In this document: positions 1 through 11,621 of the stretch, in pieces
How positions within the stretch are numbered: the stretch's first letter is position 1
Layout of the letters: each line of letters opens with the position of its first letter
From: Escherichia coli
Lineage (GTDB): Bacteria; Pseudomonadota; Gammaproteobacteria; Enterobacterales; Enterobacteriaceae
Assembly: GCF_044324785.1 (NCBI RefSeq)
Contig: NZ_CP172129.1
Reading direction: 5' to 3' (one strand)
DNA length: 64,000 nucleotides
Made by a program: the position numbers and the translations under genes
Notes under the pieces: model-generated
The model's input: only the letters and a program-made list of their open reading frames with translations
Databases searched by the model: none
Told to the model about the DNA's origin: nothing

Positions 1-978
1 GTGGATAAGTCCTCCGGTGAGCTGGTGACACTGACACCAAACAATAACAACACCGTACAACCTGTGGCGCTGATGCGTCTGGGCGTTTTTGTACCGACCC
101 TTAAATCACTGAAGAACAGTAAAAAAAATACACTGTCACGTACTGATGCCACGGAAGAGCTGACACGTCTTTCCCTGGCCCGTGCTGAGGGATTCGATAA
201 GGTTGAGATCACCGGCCCCCGCCTGGATATGGATAATGATTTCAAGACCTGGGTGGGGATCATTCATTCCTTTGCCCGCCATAACGTGATTGGTGACAAA
301 GTTGAACTGCCTTTTGTTGAGTTTGCAAAACTGTGTGGTATACCTTCAAGCCAGTCATCCCGCAGGCTGCGTGAGCGCATCAGCCCTTCCCTGAAGCGCA
401 TTGCCGGTACCGTGATTTCGTTTTCCCGTACCGATGAGAAGCACACCCGGGAATATATCACCCATCTGGTACAGTCAGCTTACTACGATACTGAGCGGGA
501 TATTGTGCAGTTACAGGCCGATCCCCGCCTGTTTGAACTGTACCAGTTTGACAGAAAAGTCCTTCTCCAGCTTAAGGCGATTAATGCCCTGAAGCGACGG
601 GAGTCCGCCCAGGCACTCTACACCTTTATAGAGAGCCTGCCCCGGGATCCGGCACCGATATCGCTGGCGCGGCTGCGTGCACGCCTCAATCTGAAGTCTC
701 CTGTATTTTCCCAGAACCAGACGGTCAGACGGGCAATGGAGCAGTTGCGCGAGATTGGATATCTTGATTACACGGAGATCCAGCGGGGGCGGACAAAATT
801 CTTCTGTATTCACTACCGGCGTCCCCGGTTAAAAGCGCCGAATGACGAGAGTAAGGAAAATCCGTTGCAACCTTCACCTGCGGAAAAAGTCAGTCCGGAG
901 ATGGCGGAGAAGCTTGCCCTGCTTGAGAAACTGGGCATCACGCTGGATGACCTGGAAAAACTCTTCAAATCCCGCTGA
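1..978 (+). CDS. repA: RepFIB replication initiator protein RepA (iteron-binding Rep); ORF begins with GTG at the window edge
   Basis: 325-aa translation matches the RepFIB RepA family as I recall it ([17 protein letters not shown]...); followed immediately by an iteron array. Confidence 0.85.
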   Translation: MDKSSGELVTLTPNNNNTVQPVALMRLGVFVPTLKSLKNSKKNTLSRTDATEELTRLSLARAEGFDKVEITGPRLDMDNDFKTWVGIIHSFARHNVIGDKVELPFVEFAKLCGIPSSQSSRRLRERISPSLKRIAGTVISFSRTDEKHTREYITHLVQSAYYDTERDIVQLQADPRLFELYQFDRKVLLQLKAINALKRRESAQALYTFIESLPRDPAPISLARLRARLNLKSPVFSQNQTVRRAMEQLREIGYLDYTEIQRGRTKFFCIHYRRPRLKAPNDESKENPLQPSPAEKVSPEMAEKLALLEKLGITLDDLEKLFKSR

Positions 979-980
979 AC

Positions 981-1248
981 ATAAACTGTAGTCAGTGAAG
1001 AGCGCTCCTTTACTGACTACAGCTTATATTAACCGGTGCAGTGAGTGGTCTGCTCACTGCAGTTTATATTCTGTTTCCTGCAGTGCTGTCTGTAGCTGAG
1101 CTGCCATCTGCCTGTCCCTTACGTAAGTGATCCCGTAACCTGATGCTGAGGCATTGCTCCCTTCATAAAACATGACTTACTCACTACAGCTTATATACAT
1201 GCTCCAGCTTATGTTATGTCTGTTCTGCTGACCACAGCTTATATAAGG
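981..1248. repeat. RepFIB iteron cluster: direct repeats with core CAGCTTATAT (cores near 1018, 1058, 1187, 1206, 1236) plus one inverted copy at 981-1000
   Basis: Repeated motif ACTACAGCTTATAT seen directly in sequence downstream of repA; 981-1000 is the reverse complement of the iteron core. Confidence 0.8.
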
Positions 1249-1262
1249 AAGCGCGTATGCCG

Positions 1263-2003
1263 TCACCTCAGGGGAGGCAGTGTACGCAGGATCTCCGCAG
1301 CATCCCCCCCGTCACCTGTGAAAGGCACTGCCAGCGTGGCAGCCATATCCAGTGCAAACACTCTGGTATAAACCTCCATCGAACGTGGATCCCTGTGACC
1401 AGCCAGTGCCTGGATGACTTTCCGGGGCTGGCGGTGATAGAGCATGTGCATGATATAGCTGTGCCGGAAGGTGTGTGGTGTGACCGGAATCGAAAAGTGT
1501 ACTCCGTCAGCTTCGGCCCGTCTGACAGCCTGCTTCAGCCAGTTGCGCATGGTTTCGTCGGTCACGGCCCATAATGGTTCACGACGACGGGGCCGGGTGG
1601 TGATCATCCAGCTTTCCATCTGCCTGACATAGCTTATATCTGTCAGCGGAACCAGGCGCACTTCATCTTTTGGCGGGCGTCCGCGTCGCGCACGCACTTT
1701 TTCGGACAGGATCCGCACAAACGGTCTTACTCCATTCAGGTCAAATGATTCCGGCGTCAGCATCCGGGCTTCGCCAATACGCATTCCGGTATTCCAGAGG
1801 GTGGCGAACAGCATATGGTGACGCTGATCCGGCATATAGAAAAGAAGGGCACTCACTTCCGGGGCCAGCAGGTAGGCCGGTGTGGCCCCCGTGGAAGTGG
1901 CCATTCTTCTCAGGGAGAGCGCTGTTGCAAAATCCACCCCCGGCGCAATGGGTAACAGGGAGACGCGTTCTGGTGAATTCTGCAGGGGAATGACATTGTT
2001 CAT
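1263..2003 (-). CDS. int: Tyrosine site-specific recombinase (phage integrase family), RepFIB-associated int
   Basis: 246-aa ORF with the C-terminal catalytic region typical of tyrosine recombinases (HTFRHSY...LAGHRD...Y). Confidence 0.8.
   Translation of the reverse strand: MNNVIPLQNSPERVSLLPIAPGVDFATALSLRRMATSTGATPAYLLAPEVSALLFYMPDQRHHMLFATLWNTGMRIGEARMLTPESFDLNGVRPFVRILSEKVRARRGRPPKDEVRLVPLTDISYVRQMESWMITTRPRRREPLWAVTDETMRNWLKQAVRRAEADGVHFSIPVTPHTFRHSYIMHMLYHRQPRKVIQALAGHRDPRSMEVYTRVFALDMAATLAVPFTGDGGDAAEILRTLPPLR
1625..1645. repeat. Additional isolated iteron-like copy (GACATAGCTTATATCTG) lying inside the int coding region
   Basis: Same core motif as the iteron array. Confidence 0.5.
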
Positions 2004-2685
2004 GAGTTATTTTTCACGTAGCACACGCACTGTTTATGGATACAGGTATTCTGACCTGAACGCCCGGATCCTTCCACGACAATAAATCGCAGCGCGCGGA
2101 TCCTTTTGTTTGATTATCACGCATTATTGCGGGTAAAACCAAATACGTAAAGGCGCATTTTGCCGCTGGGATCCCGTCTTAAGCCAGTCATGGTGCGGGC
2201 TGAGGGCTGGTTTACTGTTTTTGGGAGAATTGGGGTAATGCCAGGACAGGCAGAAACGGAGAAAAAATCCTGCAGACGCCCTTAAAAGACAACTGAAAAT
2301 TTCTGACTCCATATTCCTCTGGTTTCAGACTGCTTAATCACATCATCAACCTGATACATAACAAACAGATTCTGTTCACAGAATGAACAATTAAGTAAAT
2401 GGTTAGATTATGCGAAAAAGTACAGATATTTCTCACCATCGTTATTGAATAATATGTCTTCACACAAACAATATTAATATTTTGAGTGTAAGCCCTGACT
2501 CAAAGAAAGAAATGTCTGTTTTCGGAATCAAAAATATATAGTTATCAAAATACATTAATTTCAAATTTGAAATTAATGTAAAACGATTTAGTAAATGTTA
2601 TGATATTATAAATCTACTCCTCCATGTTTAGAGGAGTATTTGCAGACTGGACGCTCTTATATAGTTACTTACCTTTATACATATT

Positions 2686-3594
2686 CTAACATAAGCATTT
2701 ACCAACCTTACAGGGAACAGACCATAGTAGTTTATATTTCCATTCAGGTCTGAATGCACCGATAGAATATATCATCTTTTTATTATTATCCTGACAATAC
2801 CTTCGCGCTTTATCTATATTCAGCCACATAAGGACACTTCCCGGACTTAGTTTCATGCAATTCTCATCATTCAGAACTGCACCATTTGGAACGTCATAAT
2901 AAACATTACATGAGCTTTCAGATTTCAGTACTATATCAATAGCACACGGTTTATTATCCCAGAATAGCACATGGCCAAACATAAGTTCTCGTAAGTGAGA
3001 AATAAACATTAACAGATTATCATATTCGTAGCAAGGTAGGGTACCTCCAAACCGGGAATGAAAAAGTGATATATAAGAGCTGGATATTTCTTTATCGGAT
3101 AACTGGCTTATACACTTAATCTCTCCGCCATTCCTGATAAATCGCTGGATTTCATTTCGGCGAGTTTTTTCAAATTTAGGTGAAAAAGATTCCTTTATAA
3201 TACAATTTTGTTTTTTTCTGGCTATTTTCCATGTTGCATTGATAATATTTTGTTTATTTATAATTGATAATTTATTAGTTTTATCCGGAAAAAAACATCT
3301 TGCATGTGGGGAAAAAGGAATTAATACCTCATCAGATGAAAGAGGATAAGACCTTCTTGCCATTATCCCAATTTGTTTTCCATTGCACAGAAAATATGAG
3401 CCTTTGATATCACCATCTTTTTCATAGTGAAAAAAATCAAACTTCCAGTCATGATGTATCATAAAGTATGAAACAACATCCGGATGCATGTTTACACTAC
3501 CACCGTATTTTTCAAAAGTTTTTTTGTACGTTTCGAATGTAGATGGTTTCCAGGCCGTAATAATGCGCTTTATATTTTTAATTGACAAAGTCAT
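2686..3594 (-). CDS. mig-14: Mig-14 family protein
   Basis: 302-aa AT-rich ORF; position next to hlyF-ompT matches the ColV-plasmid mig-14 arrangement; sequence resembles the Mig-14 family as I recall it. Confidence 0.65.
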   Translation of the reverse strand: MTLSIKNIKRIITAWKPSTFETYKKTFEKYGGSVNMHPDVVSYFMIHHDWKFDFFHYEKDGDIKGSYFLCNGKQIGIMARRSYPLSSDEVLIPFSPHARCFFPDKTNKLSIINKQNIINATWKIARKKQNCIIKESFSPKFEKTRRNEIQRFIRNGGEIKCISQLSDKEISSSYISLFHSRFGGTLPCYEYDNLLMFISHLRELMFGHVLFWDNKPCAIDIVLKSESSCNVYYDVPNGAVLNDENCMKLSPGSVLMWLNIDKARRYCQDNNKKMIYSIGAFRPEWKYKLLWSVPCKVGKCLC

Positions 3595-3656
3595 ATCCTC
3601 GGCGTTTTTATATATTATGAGTGCAACACCAACAATAATTCTGATTATGATAAATA

Positions 3657-4766
3657 TTATTTAAAATCAACTTCCATTTGTTGTTGAATTGAAAGGTGTT
3701 TTGTCGTTTCTATACAGTATTTAATATAATCAGTAAACTTTGGCGGTTTAGGCATTCCGATACTCAGTAGCTTGTCGTTACTGAAACAAACATTGAGCAT
3801 ACTGAACGCTCCATATAAACGAATGGCTTTTAACATAAGGCGTTCGTTACAGGGACCAAAAATATTTTTAAAATCATGACGGCTCATTGCCAGTATGTCA
3901 TAACTGACTTTAGTATATCTGTCTCCAACAGGATCACAGTTCAAAGCACGGGCTACAGCTTCGTCAATAGCAGAGAACGTCACACTACTTTCTTTACCTG
4001 CTGATATATGAACAATCTCACCATTAATTAACGAGCTTTCAAGCAACATTAGCAATGCATCAGCACAATAATCTACAGGGATAACATCTATTTTATCATC
4101 CAGAGAGCACATAAATTTTTGCAACATTAACCCCATTCTGAATACCCAGAAAATACTGGTTGAAGGTAAGCACCCTAAACGACTGTGGCCAACAATAATT
4201 GATGGTCGGGCAACCAACAAAGGTAAATCAGGACACTGCTTACGCATCAGATATTCTATTGTTGCTTTTGAATGCGTATACTCCACTAAATGTTCACCTG
4301 TTTCTGATGAAGCAGACTCTTCCTTAACTAGCGACCCCGTATGAGGTGTACAAGACATAGCAGTACCAACATGAAGGAAGCGTTTCAGTCCTGCCACTTT
4401 TGCCATTCTTCTTGCAAAAGCAAGTGTACCTGTAACATTCACATTCCATATAAAAGGATTATTACCAAAAGAAGCTATAGCCGCACAGTTTATAACATGA
4501 GTGACTTCATCAAGACGAGGATCCATGAGAAAGGCTTCCGGATTATTTAGATCCCCAGGCAAGATGTTATCATTAGTTAATGCATGCAACCTTTCCTCAC
4601 AAACATTAAATTTACGCATATTTTCTTTAATTCTTTCCAGTCCCGCTTGTGGAGTAGGTGCTCGTACTAAAAGTAGCAAATTTATATTATTACAGTTATC
4701 CAGCAGCTTATCCAGGACCGCGCCACCAAGAAATCCTGTTGCACCTGTAAGTAATAATAATTTCAT
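3657..4766 (-). CDS. hlyF: HlyF, SDR-family NAD(P)-dependent epimerase/dehydratase-like protein
   Basis: 369-aa ORF with N-terminal Rossmann motif TGATGFLG; matches ColV-plasmid HlyF. Confidence 0.85.
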   Translation of the reverse strand: MKLLLLTGATGFLGGAVLDKLLDNCNNINLLLLVRAPTPQAGLERIKENMRKFNVCEERLHALTNDNILPGDLNNPEAFLMDPRLDEVTHVINCAAIASFGNNPFIWNVNVTGTLAFARRMAKVAGLKRFLHVGTAMSCTPHTGSLVKEESASSETGEHLVEYTHSKATIEYLMRKQCPDLPLLVARPSIIVGHSRLGCLPSTSIFWVFRMGLMLQKFMCSLDDKIDVIPVDYCADALLMLLESSLINGEIVHISAGKESSVTFSAIDEAVARALNCDPVGDRYTKVSYDILAMSRHDFKNIFGPCNERLMLKAIRLYGAFSMLNVCFSNDKLLSIGMPKPPKFTDYIKYCIETTKHLSIQQQMEVDFK

Positions 4767-5198
4767 ATCTAACCTCTTTTGTTTTCATGTGATCATTATA
4801 AAAATAAATTATCTTACATAAACAATGATTAAACAAAATCAAGAGAGATTAAATGTAAAAACAATGTTTATTTTTATACGGCAGAATCCTTCAGGTTATT
4901 GCGTGTGTTTTTATTGGATGGTCTTCTTATTATTGACGAGTAATAGAATTATAATAAAGTTCATATTGTTAACATCGCTTATCAATTATTTTTATGTCGA
5001 TAACACTGTGTCGTTATGCATGAAGAGTGGCAGGGCAGCATCTTTAAAAATACAAGAGTTAACAGAAACACTTTTATCGTTGAGCACATATACCCTCCAC
5101 ATATTATAAAAAATCAAAAGACCACCATCAGAAGTGCTGGCCTTTTGTTTATCATATTTAAAGTGTCATGAAAAAGTTAAAAACAGGCATGCTTCAGG

Positions 5199-6158
5199 TT
5201 AAAAATAATACTTCAGACCAGCTGTGGTCATAAAGTTATAGCTTTCAATGCCTGCACCATTTTTGGTGTGATCAGATATATTCAAATTTCTGGAGTACAG
5301 AGAAGTATCACCTTTCTTATTAGTAATACGGTTCCATGTTCCTTCGACATAAACTTTAGCTGCAGGTGTAATATAATAACCAGCATGTAGTGAGACAGAG
5401 TAATAGTTCTGATTATTTACATCGCTACGATAGGTGATCCTTTTCTCAGGGTTGTAATGCTCATCATTATCCGATGCCTTCACCCATCCGCTATATTTGA
5501 AACTCCCCCCGAACTCAAAGCTATCATACCGATAATTACCGGTTAACCCTATATAGGGCATTTTAAAGTGTTGTTTGTAGCCTATAGCTCTTTCACCATC
5601 TGGAAATGATCCCGTTTCATCCCGGAAGCCTCCCTCACTACTATAGATATAAGAGCCTCCTTTTGCTGTAAAGCTATAACGATTTTCCTGGTAACCAGCC
5701 ATAAGACCTAACTGATAGTCTGGTTGATTCAGGAGCCATCCCTTAATATTCAGGTCGAATTCATTAGCAAAATTTAGACGGGTATTCGGATGTTTACTCT
5801 CATCAGTCCAGGTTCCGGGATTGCTCGTATCCAGCCAGTCCCTGTCCACCATATTGCCTCCACGACCAGCTAATGTTGTCCACCCTGAGGCACCGACAGA
5901 TACTCTGGGTAACAGATCCCAGTTAAATGCCCCCTTGACAATTGGCGCATTACTGTATTTCCAGTCCAGCTGGCTGGCTTTGCGCCCTTTTTCTTCAGGC
6001 AGATAAACCCGTTCTTTGGCCTTGCCACTTAAAGTGCCAAAATCAATCTCCGTACTGATTTTCTCCGGTGTAAAAGAAAGCCCAGTATCAGAAGCCAGTG
6101 CAGCAAACGCTACAGGAGCTGAGAGTGCAGTAGCAAGAATCTTTAAGTACATAGACAA
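5199..6158 (-). CDS. ompT: Plasmid-borne omptin outer-membrane protease (OmpT-like)
   Basis: 319-aa ORF with signal peptide and strong similarity to the omptin family (…NMVDRDWLDTSNPGTWTDES…AGLKYYF). Confidence 0.85.
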   Translation of the reverse strand: MSMYLKILATALSAPVAFAALASDTGLSFTPEKISTEIDFGTLSGKAKERVYLPEEKGRKASQLDWKYSNAPIVKGAFNWDLLPRVSVGASGWTTLAGRGGNMVDRDWLDTSNPGTWTDESKHPNTRLNFANEFDLNIKGWLLNQPDYQLGLMAGYQENRYSFTAKGGSYIYSSEGGFRDETGSFPDGERAIGYKQHFKMPYIGLTGNYRYDSFEFGGSFKYSGWVKASDNDEHYNPEKRITYRSDVNNQNYYSVSLHAGYYITPAAKVYVEGTWNRITNKKGDTSLYSRNLNISDHTKNGAGIESYNFMTTAGLKYYF

Positions 6159-6246
6159 GTTAACTCCATTCCACTCGTTTGTTTTTGATAAATATTTTTT
6201 TATTTACTCGTAGTAGTCAACTGAAAAATGCTGTTTTGTTTAACGT

Positions 6247-6645
6247 TTGTTTACAATGTGGCCACATGTCGCTTTATTTATTCCCTTTTATGTCAGAATA
6301 TCAGGGGAGTCAGTCAAACCCGGTATGATTACTGCCCCGGTCATCCATGTTCCAGAAAATATCAGGGCATACAGGGCGCTGGTAACTGCGAATAAGGCCC
6401 TGGTCGGACACTTTATGCCGGGAACGTCTGTAACGTGGAAACCGGTACCTTCTTCCTGGGGTTATTTTGTTAACTCTTATCTAAAGGGAGACAAAATGGC
6501 CAAATCCTGCGATTATGAAGCAATCAGGGTCTTTATTAGCGTTAATGTCGGCAAATATACCAATAACGCCATTACAGTTAATTATTCAGATAGCGTTTGT
6601 GCGACAAGACATTACCATTCGACGAAAATAAACTCAGGTGGTTGA
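6247..6645 (+). CDS. Hypothetical protein, divergent from ompT
   Basis: 132-aa ORF with no recognisable family; low coding confidence. Confidence 0.25.
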   Translation: MFTMWPHVALFIPFYVRISGESVKPGMITAPVIHVPENIRAYRALVTANKALVGHFMPGTSVTWKPVPSSWGYFVNSYLKGDKMAKSCDYEAIRVFISVNVGKYTNNAITVNYSDSVCATRHYHSTKINSGG

Positions 6646-7439
6646 TATCAGAAATCAACCGTGGCTCCACCTACAAAAAAAGTTGCTGGTTTATAAATCC
6701 CTCCTTTCTGATTAATAAGAAAACTAATAACATATGAGTGTGATTACTTGTTCAGATAAGTTAATTATCTTAGTGATTGATATTTATTTTGTTTCAGTGA
6801 AAATGATGCTTTTATTAGAAAATTTATAAATACCAAGTCGGTGGTGTTTATTAGTGTAATGGAGGGGAGTGCGTAAATCGTTCATGTAACACTTCCTTCC
6901 AATAATACTTTATAAATCAATAGATGTATGATTACTTATTTCCTGAAATATCATATATATTGCTATATTTCTTAACGAGATATTCTTATTTTATTGATAA
7001 TTGCATCTCTTTTATTTAATGTAAAGCTTTCTTATTAATCTTCTAATGTATTGCAAAATGGTAGATGCTGAGTAATCAACAGACTTGTATGTAAAGTCAA
7101 GATTAACGTTGCTAAAGCACGCATCAATTTTCTGATAAAAGGATGGGGTTGTTTTTTTCGATAAAAAAAATTCTTGTCTAACCACTGGTGAAATAAGATT
7201 ATTATTACCCCGAATTAATACTGAGCCTAACAATAGAATACAAAAAAAACAAAATGCTTTAAATAAGGGGAGCACTATAAGTTATCCTCTTTACTTTATG
7301 CTTACCAACTCATTTATGTTACTTTATAACATAACCCATCTTGCGTTGTAAACAGACTCGTTTTAGTTCCATGCACCTTTTGAGATCGTGACCAAATAAT
7401 GGCGTTAGTGATGTTCTTCCAGTGTCATATGGTTAAGTA

Positions 7440-7712
7440 GTTGATATGGCGTTCACTGTTATATTCTGACAACCAGTTTGCCGCCAGTTCCCGCTTTTCA
7501 TCCAGCGTTCTGAACAGACAAAAACCGAGTATTTTTGTTCGGTATGTCCGGTTAAAACTCTCGATAAAAGCGTTCTGCGCCAACTTACCTGATTGGGTAA
7601 TCTCCAGTTTTACTACATGTTTTTCTGCGCATTACGTCCGTGTTGGATAAAAAAAATCCTGGCCATAATCTATGCGAATCATAGCTGGATAGACATGGTT
7701 TTCCGCAATCCT
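7440..7712 (-). pseudogene. C-terminal fragment of an IS3-family transposase OrfB, cut by the IS629 insertion
   Basis: Minus-strand translation gives …AFIESFNRTYRT…NWLSEYNSERH…, a typical IS3-family OrfB C-terminus; abuts the IS629 left inverted repeat. Confidence 0.5.
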
Positions 7713-7766
7713 TGAACCGCCCCGGGAATCCTGGAGACTAAACTCCCTGAGAAAGAGGTAAACAGG

Positions 7767-8093
7767 ATGACTAAAAATACTCGTTTTTCCCCCGAAGTCC
7801 GTCAGAGGGCGATTCGTATGGTTCTGGAAAGTCAGGGCGAATATGACTCACAGTGGGCGGCAATTTGTTCCATTGCCCCAAAGATTGGCTGTACACCGGA
7901 GACTCTGCGTGTCTGGGTACGCCAGCATGAGCGGGATACCGGAGGCGGTGATGGCGGGCTCACCACCGCTGAACGTCAGCGTCTGAAAGAGCTGGAACGT
8001 GAAAATCGTGAACTGCGCCGCAGTAACGATATCCTTCGCCAGGCTTCCGCTTATTTTGCGAAGGCGGAGTTCGACCGCCTCTGGAAAAAATGA
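7767..8093 (+). CDS. IS629 transposase OrfA
   Basis: 108-aa HTH protein [19 protein letters not shown]… matching IS629/IS1203 OrfA. Confidence 0.85.
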   Translation: MTKNTRFSPEVRQRAIRMVLESQGEYDSQWAAICSIAPKIGCTPETLRVWVRQHERDTGGGDGGLTTAERQRLKELERENRELRRSNDILRQASAYFAKAEFDRLWKK

Positions 8094-8980
8094 TGCCACT
8101 GCTGGATAAGCTGCGTGAGCAGTACGGGGTCGGACCGCTATGCAGCGAACTGCATATTGCCCCGTCAACGTATTACCACTGTCAGCAACAGCGACATCAT
8201 CCGGATAAACGCAGTGCCCGTGCGCAGCGCGATGACTGGCTGAAGAAAGAGATACAGCGCGTATACGATGAAAATCACAAGGTATACGGTGTGCGTAAAG
8301 TCTGGCGTCAGTTGTTACGGGAAGGTATCAGAGTGGCCAGATGCACTGTGGCACGTCTCATGGCGGTTATGGGACTTGCCGGTGTTCTCCGTGGTAAAAA
8401 GGTCCGTACGACCATCAGCCGGAAAGCCGTTGTCGCAGGCGACCGCGTAAACCGTCAGTTCGTGGCAGAACGTCCTGACCAGTTGTGGGTGGCTGATTCT
8501 ACTTACGTCAGCACATGGCAGGGGGTCGTCTATGTGGCGTTCATCATTGATGTGTTTGCCGGATACATCGTGGGGTGGCGGGTCTCATCGTCTATGGAAA
8601 CGACATTCGTGCTGGATGCTCTGGAGCAGGCGTTATGGGCCCGTCGACCGTCCGGCACAGTCCATCACAGTGATAAAGGTTCTCAGTATGTATCGTTGGC
8701 CTACACACAGCGGCTTAAGGAAGCCGGATTACTGGCATCAACAGGAAGTACAGGCGACTCGTATGACAACGCGATGGCGGAGAGCATCAATGGCCTTTAC
8801 AAAGCGGAGGTAATACACCGTAAGAGCTGGAAAAACCGTGCAGAAGTGGAACTGGCCACACTCACGTGGGTGGACTGGTATAACAATCGACGATTGCTGG
8901 AAAGGCTGGGCCATACTCCTCCGGCAGAAGCAGAAAAAGCTTATTATGCTTCCATCGGAAACGATGATCTGGCAGCCTGA
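8090..8980 (+). CDS. IS629 transposase OrfB (DDE integrase-core domain)
   Basis: 296-aa ORF overlapping orfA by 4 bp; DDE region …[10 protein letters not shown]…[15 protein letters not shown]…. Confidence 0.85.
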   Translation: MMPLLDKLREQYGVGPLCSELHIAPSTYYHCQQQRHHPDKRSARAQRDDWLKKEIQRVYDENHKVYGVRKVWRQLLREGIRVARCTVARLMAVMGLAGVLRGKKVRTTISRKAVVAGDRVNRQFVAERPDQLWVADSTYVSTWQGVVYVAFIIDVFAGYIVGWRVSSSMETTFVLDALEQALWARRPSGTVHHSDKGSQYVSLAYTQRLKEAGLLASTGSTGDSYDNAMAESINGLYKAEVIHRKSWKNRAEVELATLTWVDWYNNRRLLERLGHTPPAEAEKAYYASIGNDDLAA

Positions 8981-9117
8981 GTTCACAGATAAAACACTCT
9001 CCAGGAAACCCGGGGCGGTTCACCTACAGAGTACCGCTACCACTTGTGAAGCTGGCAGATTCAGATTGTTTTCAATCGACAACGCCTCATAGTTAAAGTC
9101 ATCAACGACATTGAACG

Positions 9118-9835
<718 letters not shown>

Positions 9836-10412
9836 TTGATGGAGATATAAATGGCTCACTTTTTATCGGTTGTTGACGATACGTTTATCAAGTATACATG
9901 AAAATTTCTTCATACCAGCTATATGAGACGTTAAGACTAATAATCTTACTCCCAAAATGACTATGTTGTTGCAGTTTGGTTTATTGACTCTTGTCTATAG
10001 TTCACCGAATGCCAAGATGAGGGAGCGAGGAACTTTACTGTCTACGCCTCTCTTCCTGGTTACAAAGACAAGCGTAAAACTCACCATCCATTAGAACTAA
10101 AGGCACTTTCCTGAGCAGAGTTTTCATCTGCAAGATAAAAGCTATTTTACAGCCGTAAAGTCCAGTGAAACGAAAGAGAGGTTAGTGAATTAATTACTTG
10201 ATGTATTAAAGTATAATGGGCGTAGATAACACCTTAATACGAAATCTTGTCAGGCTTTCCCGGTAATTAGTAATACTGTTGAAACAAAGCGAGAGGGGGT
10301 TAGCCCAATTTACGCAAATAAATAATAATCTTGATTATGATTAATTCCAAATAAGTATATTTTTCCAGTAGATGCTGGGCATTAACTAAGAAAACCCAGA
10401 ATACCACTTTCA

Positions 10413-11621
10413 TTGTTATGGAAAACATGGACAATGTTAATGAAATATATTTCTCACCGCGCCATCATTTGTACCTTGACACTGTTGATCATTATTATCA
10501 CCGTTTTGTTCACCTTTCTGAGAAGCTCTGATGTGCCAGAATATATTACTGCCCCGGTGCGCAAAGGCGATATAGAAAATTCTGTTCTGGCGACAGGCCG
10601 TATTGATGCAATTGAACGGGTAAACGTAGGGGCACAGGTATCAGGGCAATTAAAATCACTGAAAGTGAAACAGGGCGACCATGTGACTAAAGGGCAGTTG
10701 ATTGCCGAAATTGACGACCTACCTCAGTGTAACGATTTGCGTAATGCCGAAGCTGCACTCAACGAAGTGAAAGCAGAACTTCAATCCAAGCAGGCGCTCC
10801 TGAAACAGGCTGAACTGCGTTTTAAACGCCAGCTCCGGATGCTAAGAGAAAATGCCAGCTCACACGAAGATTTTGAGTCTGCGGAGGCAATGCTTGCGAC
10901 CACTCGCGCTGAATTACATTCTCTGAATGCCAAACTGGTCCAGGCACAGATAGAAGTAGATAAGAAAAAGCTTGCCCTTGAATATACGCGAGTCGTAGCG
11001 CCAATGGATGGAATTGTTATTGCCATTGTCACTCAGCAAGGGCAAACCGTTAACTCAAACCAGAGTGCCCCAACAATTATTAAACTCGCTCGTCTGGATG
11101 TCATGACCATTAAAGCACAGATCTCCGAGGCTGATATAACCCGTATTTCTGTGGGGCAAAAAGCCCGCTTCTCTATCTTCTCCGAACCGGACAAGCACTA
11201 CAGCGCAACACTGCGTGCCGTTGAACTGGCACCAGAATCGGTAATGAAAGATGACTCTCTCGCCAGCAACACTTCAGCATCAGGCTCCGGAACTTCAAAT
11301 GCGTCCGTTTATTACAATGCTCTATTCGATGTGCCTAACCCAGAAAATCGACTTCGTATTGCCATGACTGCTCAGGTTACCCTGATTACTGATGAAGCCC
11401 AAAATACACTGCTGGTACCCATTCAGGCAGTGCACAGAAATGAGGGGAAGAAGCAACAGGTCCTGGTGCTGCCAGCAGATGGCAGGCTGGAACCCCGGAA
11501 TGTGAAAACTGGTATCACGAACAGCGTGGATATTCAGATCCTCGAAGGTTTAAATGTCGGAGAAAATGTCGTGCTGTCGCTGCCGGATAAGAAAGAGCCC
11601 GAAGAAAGGATTATGCTGTGA
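10413..11621 (+). CDS. etsA: EtsA, MacA-like periplasmic adaptor (HlyD/membrane-fusion family) of an ABC efflux system
   Basis: 402-aa ORF with N-terminal TM segment and coiled-coil adaptor architecture; first gene of a three-gene operon with 4-bp overlap to etsB. Confidence 0.8.
   Translation: MLWKTWTMLMKYISHRAIICTLTLLIIIITVLFTFLRSSDVPEYITAPVRKGDIENSVLATGRIDAIERVNVGAQVSGQLKSLKVKQGDHVTKGQLIAEIDDLPQCNDLRNAEAALNEVKAELQSKQALLKQAELRFKRQLRMLRENASSHEDFESAEAMLATTRAELHSLNAKLVQAQIEVDKKKLALEYTRVVAPMDGIVIAIVTQQGQTVNSNQSAPTIIKLARLDVMTIKAQISEADITRISVGQKARFSIFSEPDKHYSATLRAVELAPESVMKDDSLASNTSASGSGTSNASVYYNALFDVPNPENRLRIAMTAQVTLITDEAQNTLLVPIQAVHRNEGKKQQVLVLPADGRLEPRNVKTGITNSVDIQILEGLNVGENVVLSLPDKKEPEERIML

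Larger units (their letters stand above)
7713..9023 (+). mobile_element. IS629-like insertion sequence (IS3 family), 1311 bp, apparently intact
   Basis: Terminal inverted repeats TGAACCGCCCCGGG at 7713 and its reverse complement ending at 9023; contains orfA and orfB. Confidence 0.85.

Noticed and set aside
264-813. Minus-strand ORFs (65 and 100 aa) within repA
   Set aside because: Overlap the well-supported RepFIB repA on the opposite strand; no recognisable features.
981-1248. Possible CRISPR array suggested by regularly repeated about 20-bp motifs
   Set aside because: Repeats are RepFIB-type iterons with irregular spacing, located at a replication origin next to repA; no cas genes and no uniform spacers.
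2004-2685. AT-rich intergenic region between int and mig-14, considered for small ORFs or an RNA gene
   Set aside because: Only short ORFs with no coding signal; no tRNA-like or known sRNA structure evident; likely promoter or spacer of a horizontally acquired AT-rich island.
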